Source of the DNA: a virus
Lineage: Duplodnaviria > Caudoviricetes
Strand: one strand, 5' to 3'
DNA: 64,000 nt
IMG/VR virus record: IMGVR_UViG_3300049988_000286
Span: 192,001 to 256,000 of that record
Shown here: positions 54,954-63,294 of the stretch, piece after piece
Numbering within the stretch: position 1 is the stretch's first letter
Layout of the letters: the number at the start of each line of letters is the position of its first letter
Made by a program: the position numbers and the translations under genes
The notes under the pieces: generated by a model
The model's database searches: none
What the model was told of the DNA's origin: nothing
What the model saw: only the letters and a program-made list of their open reading frames with translations

Positions 54954-55534
54954 AGGTCACCTCCAAGGAGGCGATCGAGATCATCATGGCGGATCAGCAC
55001 GTAGCCACTACGGCGCAGGAGATCGAGCAAATCCTGTGCGGGCTGGTGATCCACCTCACGATATTCGGCCGGGAGTTCTGCCCAATCCCGCATCAAGGGG
55101 TGGGTCTTGTTCGACTTCGAGACAGTGGGGCCATAGCGCCAGCCGTCCCCGCTCCGCGTGGACATCCAGTCCTCGTGCTTCTTCTTCGCCCACTGCGTGC
55201 ACAGTTCAATCATGGGATCGTGATCCACGATGATGTCGCTGGCGATCTGGACATTGAGGGGGTTGCTCGTTGCCGCCACCTTGAAGTCCTTGGTGGTCTC
55301 GCCCGACATGGCGTCGATAATCGTTTTCACCTCACCGTCGTTGAGATCGCGAGTCAGGGGTACCGCGTAGCGGACATCCTCACCCTTGCTCTTGACGATC
55401 TGAACCGGCTTACCGTCCACGCTGACAGTGGCGACGACACCCTTGGGGGCGTGCTCTTTCACGCACTGGAACCAGAGACGGATATCCGAGAGAGCGAGTT
55501 CCCGCTCGACGACGATGCTGATGCTGTGATCCAT
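54950..55534 (-). CDS. RyR-domain protein
   Basis: AKKKHEDWM..R..DGWRYGP.....KTHPLMRDWAELP...REVD is a ryanodine receptor repeat signature; TAAATA-CGCG-ATG. Confidence 0.8.
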   Translation of the reverse strand: MDHSISIVVERELALSDIRLWFQCVKEHAPKGVVATVSVDGKPVQIVKSKGEDVRYAVPLTRDLNDGEVKTIIDAMSGETTKDFKVAATSNPLNVQIASDIIVDHDPMIELCTQWAKKKHEDWMSTRSGDGWRYGPTVSKSNKTHPLMRDWAELPAEYREVDHQPAQDLLDLLRRSGYVLIRHDDLDRLLGGDL

Positions 55535-55550
55535 CGCGTATTTATTCACG

Positions 55551-55868
55551 CTAGAGAACGGTGATACGATCCAATCGACCAGAGACGGGCTCGACCGCGC
55601 ACCGCATCCACACATAGCGATCACGGCTGTTGTACGACACCGTGCGAGCCTTCTCCGTTCCCAGCGGCACTTCCATGTCGATGACGCGGACATCGAACCA
55701 GTCGGCCTCGGTTGGGGCCACGTGGAGACTCGCTTGGACGATCACGCGACCGATGAAGTCGGCACCGTGGACCATCACTGTCTTGAACGGGCGCGGGGGA
55801 TTGGGCCAACCGTCCACGCGAACCGGTGCTTGAATTGATCCCGACCACACGAGGGCTTGCGCATCCAT
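55551..55868 (-). CDS. small late protein
   Basis: F.GRVIVQASL...PTEADWFDV; TAAATA-CAGCC-ATG. Confidence 0.7.
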   Translation of the reverse strand: MDAQALVWSGSIQAPVRVDGWPNPPRPFKTVMVHGADFIGRVIVQASLHVAPTEADWFDVRVIDMEVPLGTEKARTVSYNSRDRYVWMRCAVEPVSGRLDRITVL

Positions 55869-55928
55869 GGCTGTATTTAGCCGAACGATTAACACCCGAC
55901 TAAATAAACAACCATTGGGAGATAAGAC

Positions 55929-56093
55929 ATGGCCAAGATTGTTGAAGAGTTGCTGGTGTTCAAAGTCAGCAGCATTGTTAAGGATGACGCAGATGTTGAC
56001 CCGAGTTTCAGCGATGAGATCGTGGAGAACCTCGAAGCCATTATCTCGGAACTCGTCGGCGCGGGTCGCGTCGTTGAGGTCTTGAAGGATTAA
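55929..56093 (+). CDS. 54-aa late protein (not in ORF track)
   Basis: MAKIVEELLVFKVSSIVKD...LEAIISELVG..RVVEV; TAAATA at 55901, GGGAG SD, terminator downstream. Confidence 0.75.
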   Translation: MAKIVEELLVFKVSSIVKDDADVDPSFSDEIVENLEAIISELVGAGRVVEVLKD

Positions 56094-56099
56094 CGATTA

Positions 56100-56124
56100 G
56101 GGGGAGCGCTGCTCCCCCTTCTTA
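56100..56124 (+). terminator. intrinsic terminator
   Basis: GGGGGAGC-GCT-GCTCCCCC-TTCTT. Confidence 0.65.
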
Positions 56125-56126
56125 CA

Positions 56127-57035
56127 TCACAGCGCAGCCCGGTAGGCATCGAAGAACGTCTTTGCCGTCATTGAGGGGTCTTTCAGCGTATTCTCCATCC
56201 CACACGCCGCCCAGACCGGAAGCATCCGCGCTCGAACAAATTCCCGCGCCATCGAACAGAAGAGATAGATGAACGCCATGTTGGCAGGAAGGGGCATCCC
56301 TGCAACATAGGCGATCATCCCATCCTCGTGACGGTCAAAGACGAGATCACCGATCTTGGACAGGGTGCTATTGCTGGTATGATCCATCGTTGGGAAGGCG
56401 GCGAGGATATTGTCGAAGCACGAGAAGCGTGCGCCGGTGGGATCGTAGTAGTTGCGCACGTCAAGGTTCTCCGCCAGAGCCAACACCTCATCGTCAGGCT
56501 CGAAGCCGTAGAGGAAGTATCGAGCGATGCGATGGGTGGCGCGGATATCCGAACTTCCGTGCACCATGCGGAGCTTGCGATCCCGGATGTCCCTGTCGCA
56601 AGCGTCGGTCATTCGGATTGTCTGCCCGTCGCTGACCAGTTGCACCACCGTGAAGTCGAAGTCGTCAAGCAACGCTTCCGCTGATGCAAACTCCCGCTTG
56701 GTGATCAACTGCAAGGGTGGATCGCCTTCGTTGCGGGGTCGCGCCAGACCAGTGGCTCCCATCAACCAGTTGTCCACACACACGACACCAAGCGGATTCG
56801 AAGCCTTCTCCATCACTGCGTTTTCGATCTCGCGAAAGCGAGGAGCCAAGGCGGCGTGCTGTTCCGCATCGCGGAAGAACACATCGATGTCGTGGTCGTC
56901 CTTGTAATCCTCCATCATGATCCGGCGGAGGGCTCCCCCAGCCACCCACGGACCTTGGTCATAATCTAGCAGGTGCGCGATTGCCGCAATGATTTCCGCA
57001 CACCTGCTACCACGCGGCAGCGGGATTTGTTTCAC
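56127..57035 (-). CDS. nucleotidyltransferase (CCA/poly(A) polymerase head-like)
   Basis: WVAGGALR...DIDVFF and LLDDFDFTVVQ; GTG start assumed. Confidence 0.7.
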   Translation of the reverse strand: MKQIPLPRGSRCAEIIAAIAHLLDYDQGPWVAGGALRRIMMEDYKDDHDIDVFFRDAEQHAALAPRFREIENAVMEKASNPLGVVCVDNWLMGATGLARPRNEGDPPLQLITKREFASAEALLDDFDFTVVQLVSDGQTIRMTDACDRDIRDRKLRMVHGSSDIRATHRIARYFLYGFEPDDEVLALAENLDVRNYYDPTGARFSCFDNILAAFPTMDHTSNSTLSKIGDLVFDRHEDGMIAYVAGMPLPANMAFIYLFCSMAREFVRARMLPVWAACGMENTLKDPSMTAKTFFDAYRAAL

Positions 57036-57406
57036 GCCTCTGCGGCGTCCTCGGTGGGCTCCACCCAACCCTTGGGGCGGCGACCACGACGTGCACCGGT
57101 GGGCTTGATCGTCCGGCCTTCCGCGTCGATCATGTAGTTCTCACCGAAACGCTCGGGAGTCATGCCGTCGATGGCGGTGATGTTGTCCACGCCGATCCGC
57201 ACGGTAAAACCATCAACGATCGACAAGCAATCGATCTTGAGGCTCTTGGTTTTACGGGTTTCGAAGATGCCCGTCACGGTGAAGGTCTGTTCGAAGAGGT
57301 GAACGGGCTGGCCACTCAAATCGACACCCCGGTAGCTGGCGTTTACCTCGGAACCGATTTCGAAATGGCCCTTGTCGATCAGGGCACGGAGAAGAATATC
57401 CTGCAT
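57032..57406 (-). CDS. hypothetical protein
   Basis: 124 aa; I.AIDGM.PERF, RRGRRPK. Confidence 0.7.
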   Translation of the reverse strand: MQDILLRALIDKGHFEIGSEVNASYRGVDLSGQPVHLFEQTFTVTGIFETRKTKSLKIDCLSIVDGFTVRIGVDNITAIDGMTPERFGENYMIDAEGRTIKPTGARRGRRPKGWVEPTEDAAEA

Positions 57407-57407
57407 C

Positions 57408-58115
57408 TTATACGTCCTTTGATAGCACTACTTCGTCAATATTTTTGATGAGATCACCAATACCGATCTCGGTGAGGAACAAGTCCTCGTAGTTCTTTAG
57501 ATAAAGGATAGGAGACGTGGAGGAGAAGAACAGGCCGATTTCCGGATCGATCTTCTTCTCGTCGTCCCAGTATTGTGCCGCCATGTAGTCGTTGACGCGG
57601 CTTTGGTCGATCGATGTCTTGAACTGAATCTTATAGGGGTAGGCGTCGTTGAGGAAATACCGGTCCCGAATGATCTTGCCGGTGTTGCACTGTAGGAACT
57701 CCACATCGGTGGCGTTCCTCGGCGTAGTGATCTTGGAAATGTCATCGCGCCTTGCTGCGATCGTCGCCAATCCCTCGACTCCATCGAGGTAGAAGGTCAC
57801 GGAGGCGTTGTTGGCGCGGTACTGCGCAGTGGCGAGCGAGTCGTGTTGGTCGAATATGCTGTCGATGAAAGCGGAACGGGAGAGTTGAAAGCGTTCTCTC
57901 GCTTTCTTCATCTCACTGCTGTAGACTTTCCAATCCGTCCCCAGCGTCCGAACACCACGATAGTCGGTCAGGATAGCGTTGCGGTTCTTCTGATACTCCT
58001 CGAAGAGCCCCGTGGGCAGGTTGATCGTAAGGCTGGTTGTGTATGTTCCGAAGAACAATTTACTCGTGTGGACGTGAGTGATCCCACGCCGCGCACACAA
58101 TTCCTTAATCATCAC
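57408..58115 (-). CDS. hypothetical protein
   Basis: 235 aa; YPYKIQF...LYLKNYEDLFL. Confidence 0.7.
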   Translation of the reverse strand: MMIKELCARRGITHVHTSKLFFGTYTTSLTINLPTGLFEEYQKNRNAILTDYRGVRTLGTDWKVYSSEMKKARERFQLSRSAFIDSIFDQHDSLATAQYRANNASVTFYLDGVEGLATIAARRDDISKITTPRNATDVEFLQCNTGKIIRDRYFLNDAYPYKIQFKTSIDQSRVNDYMAAQYWDDEKKIDPEIGLFFSSTSPILYLKNYEDLFLTEIGIGDLIKNIDEVVLSKDV

Positions 58116-58282
58116 GCACTCTCTGATAGGACTTTTTATATAACGCTTGGTCTTCGATAGAAGCCTGTTGTCTCACCAAAGCATCCGGGGAGCAACCCCC
58201 TCCCACAAACAAACTGAACTCTGAACTATGCCTAAATACAGGTGGTAATCAACAGTAACTTTACTCAAATGTCTCATAAAGG

Positions 58283-58322
58283 TGGCTCCAAGGATCACCG
58301 TAATCCTTGGAGCCATTTCTTT
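58283..58322. terminator. bidirectional terminator
   Basis: Perfect 13-bp stem TGGCTCCAAGGAT/ATCCTTGGAGCCA, followed by TTTCTTT on the plus strand. Confidence 0.8.
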
Positions 58323-60580
58323 CACCTCTTGGTACGCCGCAGTTGAAGGTTACCGTTCTTCATAGAGACCGTGACCTTGCCGCCATCGCGAAGTTCTCCC
58401 AAGACGAGCATTCGGGAGAGGGGCTTCTTGATCGAATCGGCGATCACGCGCTTCATCGGTCGCGCCCCCATCGCGGGATCGTAGCCCGCCGACACCAACC
58501 ACGACATAGCATCATCGTTGACCACCAGCTTGACCTTGCGATCCGCGATCATCATCCGGAGATCGTTGACGAACTTGTCCGCCACCGACTTGATGTGATC
58601 CTGCGTCAAGGCAGAGAAGCCCATCTGCGCATCGAGGCGGTTACGGAACTCGGGTGAGAAGATGCGGTTGATCGCCGCTTCGGCTCCCGAGTTGTTCACG
58701 CTCGCGGTGCCGAACCCGATCGTGGCGCGCTGGCTCTCACGCACACCGGCGTTCGAGGTCATGATCAACCAGACGTTGCGGAACGAGACCGTCTTGCCGC
58801 CAGAGTTGGTCAGCTTGCCGTTATCCATCACCTGCAACATGATGTTGAAAATGTCCGGATGGGCTTTCTCGATCTCGTCGAGGAGAAGGACGCAATGCGG
58901 CGAATGCTCCACCGCGTTGGTGAGAAGGCCAGAGCCACCGCCGCCCTCATCATAACCGACATAGCCCGGCGGGGCACCGATCAGCTTCGACACAGAGTGC
59001 TTCTCCATGTATTCCGACATGTCGAACCGCAGCATGGGGATACCAAGCGTTGCGGCGAGTTGCTTCGCCACCTCGGTTTTACCCACACCGGTAGGGCCGG
59101 TGAAGAGGTAGCTGCCTTGCGTCTTGTCCCCCTCTCGCAACCCCGCACGAGCGATGAACACCGCATCGGTGAGCACAGAGATGGCGCTGTCCTGCCCGAA
59201 AACGACCTTGCGAAGATCGTCTTCCAGATTGGCGAGTTTTGCCGTCTCATCGTCCTTGATGGTGTGCTCGGGAATTTTGGCTACCCGCGACACCTCGGCT
59301 TCAATATCGACCAGATCGATCGAGCGACTGGTCACCGCATCGTTGACGGCGCGGCGCGCACCAGCCATGTCGATGATGTCGATCGCCTTGTCGGGGAGAA
59401 GGCCCGTCGTCACATAGCGGTGGGTCAACTCCACAGCGGCGTCAAGGGCAGCAGCGGTATAGGTGACGCCGTGGTGCTCCTGATAGGATTTCGCCACCCC
59501 GTGGATGATCTTCTTCGCGTCCTCGACACTCGGCTCCTCAACGGAAATCTTACCAAAGCGACGCAGGAGCGCGCGGTCCTTCTCGAAGTACTTGCGGAAC
59601 TCCTCAAAGGTCGTGGAGCCGATCAGGCGCAAGGAACCATCGGAAAGGGCGGGCTTGAGCATGTTGGCGGCGTCCATCGAACCCTGCGAGGTCGAGCCCG
59701 CACCCATGATCATGTGGATTTCGTCAACGAACAACACGGACTTGGGGATGAAGGCCAGTGATTTGATCACCTTGGTGACCCGCTCCTCGAAGTCGCCGCG
59801 ATACTTCGTGCCCGCCAGCAGCGCACCGATGTCGAGCGAGAAGATTACCGTCCCTTCCATCACCTTCGGGACTTCCCCCGCAATGATCTGGTGAGCCATC
59901 CCCTCGACAATCGCCGTCTTACCCACGCCGGGATCACCGACGAGGAGGGGGTTGTTCTTCTTCTTGCGGGAGAAAATCTGGATCGCCTCCGCGACCTCCG
60001 TCGAGCGACCAATTAGGGGATCGATCTTCGCCTCTGCGGCCTTCTTGTTCAGGTTTGCGCAGTAGAGGGCGAGGAACGACTCGGCCTCCGCGCGGCTCTT
60101 GACCTCACCCGCCGGGGCATCGGCGACGTTAACCGTCTTGGTGCCCTTCGCTTGCGAGACGAAGAGCTTCACGTCCGCTTCCTTCATCCCCGCCTTGGAC
60201 AAGAGGATGAGGGCGAAATGATCCTCTGGCTTTTCGCGCAGCATGGCGATGAGGAGTTCAACACCGTCACCGCGACCCTTGCTCGACAGCTTGCCGGTCG
60301 CGGTAGCGCGGAAGACCAGCGTCTCGAACATCAGGGTGGGGCGGGGGTTGCCGGTAGAGGTCTCGATCATCCCCGATTCGCAAAAGTCCTTCAAGCGCTG
60401 AAGGATCGGTTTGGGATCGATACTCAACCCTTCGAAGATACGCGCCACATCTTCCTCATTGAGGAGGGATGCGAGGAGGTGCTCCAAGGTGGCGTAGTGG
60501 TGATTATAGTCGCGCGCCAGCTTCATCGCGCGCAGGGCAATCCGCTCTAGCGGTTCTTCGGCGCGCTGTTTGTCGGCCAT
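58322..60580 (-). CDS. clpA: ATP-dependent Clp protease ATP-binding subunit ClpA
   Basis: N-domain HHYATLEHLL; NBD1 GDPGVGKT, AGTKYRG, DEIH; NBD2 GPTGVGKT, FDMSEY, GYVG, DEIEKAH; IGF loop; MGARP. No long ClpB middle domain. Confidence 0.92.
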   Translation of the reverse strand: MADKQRAEEPLERIALRAMKLARDYNHHYATLEHLLASLLNEEDVARIFEGLSIDPKPILQRLKDFCESGMIETSTGNPRPTLMFETLVFRATATGKLSSKGRGDGVELLIAMLREKPEDHFALILLSKAGMKEADVKLFVSQAKGTKTVNVADAPAGEVKSRAEAESFLALYCANLNKKAAEAKIDPLIGRSTEVAEAIQIFSRKKKNNPLLVGDPGVGKTAIVEGMAHQIIAGEVPKVMEGTVIFSLDIGALLAGTKYRGDFEERVTKVIKSLAFIPKSVLFVDEIHMIMGAGSTSQGSMDAANMLKPALSDGSLRLIGSTTFEEFRKYFEKDRALLRRFGKISVEEPSVEDAKKIIHGVAKSYQEHHGVTYTAAALDAAVELTHRYVTTGLLPDKAIDIIDMAGARRAVNDAVTSRSIDLVDIEAEVSRVAKIPEHTIKDDETAKLANLEDDLRKVVFGQDSAISVLTDAVFIARAGLREGDKTQGSYLFTGPTGVGKTEVAKQLAATLGIPMLRFDMSEYMEKHSVSKLIGAPPGYVGYDEGGGGSGLLTNAVEHSPHCVLLLDEIEKAHPDIFNIMLQVMDNGKLTNSGGKTVSFRNVWLIMTSNAGVRESQRATIGFGTASVNNSGAEAAINRIFSPEFRNRLDAQMGFSALTQDHIKSVADKFVNDLRMMIADRKVKLVVNDDAMSWLVSAGYDPAMGARPMKRVIADSIKKPLSRMLVLGELRDGGKVTVSMKNGNLQLRRTKR

Positions 60581-60763
60581 CTCAATACCTCGCTGATACT
60601 CTGATAGGTGTCAGCGATCAGGGATCACCAACCCAGCGATGATGCGCCATTCCACGCCGGGGTGCAATAATGGAGGAAAGATGACGAACTAGCACAGCGA
60701 TGAATATTGCCGCGAGTCCTCGGCATGGTTTACTCCTCTCTCTCCCCTATAGAGGAATAGAAG

Positions 60764-61258
60764 TTGACCACTACTTACGAGGCAGCAGTCAAGGCTGCAT
60801 CAAACATTACCGCAGCGGGGCTGCGCAACCAAGTCATCAACAGTCTCAACACGCGTGGTGACTTCGTTGGTGCTGTGAAGGCCTTCCACGCCCTCTACGA
60901 GTGCCCCGATGTCGTCGATCAGGGTGTGACCAAGCACCTCTACCATATGACGGACGAGCGTCTCGCGATGCGGGTCGAGTTGATCCGTGAGGAGTTCGAG
61001 CGTGAGTTGGTACCCGCTGTCGAGCGTCGCGACGAGGTGGAGATCGCTGATGCACTGGGCGATCTCGTGTATGTCTGCGCAGGTTTTGCGCTGGAAGCCG
61101 GGATCGATCTCACGGCGGTGTTCGCCGAGATTCAGGCGAGCAACATGACCAAGCTGGGCGCGGACGGGAAGGTGATCCGTCGCGAGGATGGCAAGGTCAT
61201 GAAGGGGCCGCAGTACGTCAAGCCCGACATCAAGGCGGCGCTTCGTTACCGGGACTGA
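60764..61258 (+). CDS. all-alpha NTP pyrophosphatase (DR2231/dUTPase-like)
   Basis: LIREEF.REL, EIADALGDLVYV and SNMTKLGADGK...REDGKV.KGP.Y; GAGGA SD with TTG start. Confidence 0.85.
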   Translation: MTTTYEAAVKAASNITAAGLRNQVINSLNTRGDFVGAVKAFHALYECPDVVDQGVTKHLYHMTDERLAMRVELIREEFERELVPAVERRDEVEIADALGDLVYVCAGFALEAGIDLTAVFAEIQASNMTKLGADGKVIRREDGKVMKGPQYVKPDIKAALRYRD

Positions 61259-61267
61259 AAATAGTTG

Positions 61268-61296
61268 TTGACGCCTCTATCGCGCGTCGGTATAAC
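61268..61296 (+). promoter_or_regulatory. sigma70 promoter TTGACG-N17-TATAAC
   Basis: Near-consensus hexamers with a 17-nt spacer. Confidence 0.75.
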
Positions 61297-61302
61297 AGAC
61301 CT

Positions 61303-61407
61303 CGAAACGCATGGCTGCGCTTCCTTCTAAAACTCTTTTGGATAGAAAAATAGCTGGCCGATTTGTTTCACCAAGACCCCGCCGGGAGCGATCCCTGCGG
61401 GGTTTTT
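61303..61407 (+). ncRNA. candidate small RNA (~105 nt)
   Basis: Bounded by a strong promoter and the terminator CCCCGCCGGGA-GCGA-TCCCTGCGGGG-TTTTT; contains no SD-led ORF. Confidence 0.5.
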
Positions 61408-61411
61408 GCGT

Positions 61412-61981
61412 TTAGCGCTTGCGGGGCCGCTTGACTACTTTGGCAGCGGTGATGTGAACACTCGATCCCCGCAAAATCACTTCCTGCTGCTGCTCGTAGC
61501 GCTCAAACTGGTACAGGATGTCGTCAAAGTATCGCGGATCGATTTCTGCGGGTTTGGTCTTTAGCCACGAGAGAACGTCTGACACGCAGAGCACGATCGC
61601 GCGGCGGTTCTTCTGCACGTCTGCGGAAAACACCACTCCGTAGCGCCCACCATAGTCTTTCGCAAACTCCTCGGCGACGGTGAAGTTGGGTGACCACGAC
61701 TGCATCTTCTTCAACGCGGTCTTGACCTTGCCGGATTGAAAATCCTGCACATCATCGAACCCCACCCCTCGGTAGAGGGTGCCGGTCAGAGTGTCGCGCG
61801 CCGCGCCGGGAACGCGCGCGGCGATTGCCTTCATCGCATCATAGTATGGCTTTGGTGAGAAACGCTCACCCTCGTCATTGATCAACGACATGGCATCGCC
61901 ATTGAGCCAGTCACCTACCGTCCACAGGGTGGAAGTGAGATCGTCGTCATGATCTTCGAGTAGGTTGATCCAGTTGCGCAT
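61412..61981 (-). CDS. ADP-ribosyltransferase-like protein (R-S-E type)
   Basis: LYRG, SWS and QQEVIL motifs in canonical order; TAAATA-GGGG-ATG; N-terminus MRNWINLLE. Confidence 0.65.
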   Translation of the reverse strand: MRNWINLLEDHDDDLTSTLWTVGDWLNGDAMSLINDEGERFSPKPYYDAMKAIAARVPGAARDTLTGTLYRGVGFDDVQDFQSGKVKTALKKMQSWSPNFTVAEEFAKDYGGRYGVVFSADVQKNRRAIVLCVSDVLSWLKTKPAEIDPRYFDDILYQFERYEQQQEVILRGSSVHITAAKVVKRPRKR

Positions 61982-61996
61982 CCCCTATTTAGGGGA

Positions 61997-62335
61997 TCAG
62001 CGTCCCGCCAACGGCTTCATGACCTGATCCCGCACCGCGATCTGGCCCGCTCGGGCGATGGCGCGGCACTGCTCGACCTCGCCCCGGAAGGCGATGCGGC
62101 GAATGGCTTCGAGATAGGGGCGTGCAATGTTGTCGGCGAGGTTGCGCTGATCGCTCGCCTGATTCCACGTCATACGCCCGCCGCGATCGACATCCATCCG
62201 ATAGGTCAGCGCTTTGAAGTCACCGACCAATCCCTGTAGATCGTTATAGGCCGTGCGGCACGCAATCACGCGCTCCCGCGATGGCTCCGGGAGATCGCGG
62301 TAGGCGAGTTGAAGAAGGAGAGCCGCGATCACCAC
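61997..62335 (-). CDS. hypothetical protein
   Basis: 112 aa with a short hydrophobic N-terminus. Confidence 0.55.
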   Translation of the reverse strand: MVIAALLLQLAYRDLPEPSRERVIACRTAYNDLQGLVGDFKALTYRMDVDRGGRMTWNQASDQRNLADNIARPYLEAIRRIAFRGEVEQCRAIARAGQIAVRDQVMKPLAGR

Positions 62336-62493
62336 GGCTGATAGTCCTTGTCAAATTCCTTCATCCGAATAGAATCGGATGCAACCTCGGCCCCCTGATA
62401 GGTCAGAGAAACTCGAAGATAGCCGTTACCGTCGATGACCTGTCGCGACAGGTTGATATCCAGTCGGCCAATGATCGTCTCTGCGTCTTCCAT
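62329..62493 (-). CDS. hypothetical protein
   Basis: MEDAETIIG... preceded by GGGAGA; an upstream in-frame start at 62538 is also possible. Confidence 0.55.
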   Translation of the reverse strand: MEDAETIIGRLDINLSRQVIDGNGYLRVSLTYQGAEVASDSIRMKEFDKDYQPW

Positions 62494-62534
62494 AATCGTT
62501 CTCCCAGCCCCGTGTAGCACGACTGGGAGAAAGA

Positions 62535-63293
62535 TCAATTACGAACTGCGCGCAGACGCTCCTGCTGCTCCGGAGAGAGTTTGGGATAGGTGGGGTTGAT
62601 CTCGATGAAGAGATCGAACGACCCACCCTCGCGCTTCGGCATCCCCCTGCCGGGCACCCGCAGCCGAGTATGGTGGCTCGTCCCCGCTGGGATCGTGACG
62701 GAGACCGTGGTACCCGCGATCGTCATGACATCCACTTTGGTCCCAAGGACGAGATCGAGCACATCGACGTTCTCGACAACGAGGAGATCGCCCCCACCGT
62801 AGGCGAAGCGCTCATGCGTCTCGAAGACGACAAAGACATAGAGGTCGCCGGGCGGGAGGTCGCTGAACTGACGACCTCCCTCACCCTCTACACGCAGTCT
62901 CTGACCCTCACGAATCCCTTTGGGGATCGAGAGAGTGACGATGCGATTATCAACCTCGAAGGTGAGTTCATGCCCCGCATAGGCTTGTTCGAGGGTGATC
63001 TCCACCCTGACTTGCGAATCATGGTTCTGGCGCGGCGGCGGGGCGAAGTCTTGGAAGTGCCACGTAAAGCCCGGCCCGAACGGATTATCTCCGAACGGGT
63101 GATGCTGCTGTTGCTGCGGCTGGGGCTTCGTCAACGTCTCGTAGGCGGTCTGGATTTCACGGAACTTAACCTTGCTCTCCTCGGAATCGCCATTGCGATC
63201 CGGGTGATGCTGCATGGCGAGTTTCCGATACGCGGACTTGATGGTCTTCTCGTCCGCGCCGGGATCGATCCCCAGAACCTGATAAGCGTTCAA
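62535..63293 (-). CDS. DnaJ-class chaperone (CbpA-like, no Zn finger)
   Basis: J-domain with HPD (QHHPDRN); C-terminal domain ITLEQAYAG, PPGDLYV, LRVPGRGMP. Confidence 0.92.
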   Translation of the reverse strand: MNAYQVLGIDPGADEKTIKSAYRKLAMQHHPDRNGDSEESKVKFREIQTAYETLTKPQPQQQQHHPFGDNPFGPGFTWHFQDFAPPPRQNHDSQVRVEITLEQAYAGHELTFEVDNRIVTLSIPKGIREGQRLRVEGEGGRQFSDLPPGDLYVFVVFETHERFAYGGGDLLVVENVDVLDLVLGTKVDVMTIAGTTVSVTIPAGTSHHTRLRVPGRGMPKREGGSFDLFIEINPTYPKLSPEQQERLRAVRN

Positions 63294-63294
63294 A

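Noticed and set aside
60620-60730. clpS or a small membrane-protein gene upstream of clpA
   Set aside because: There is no ClpS-like sequence, and the hydrophobic fragments fall in different frames.
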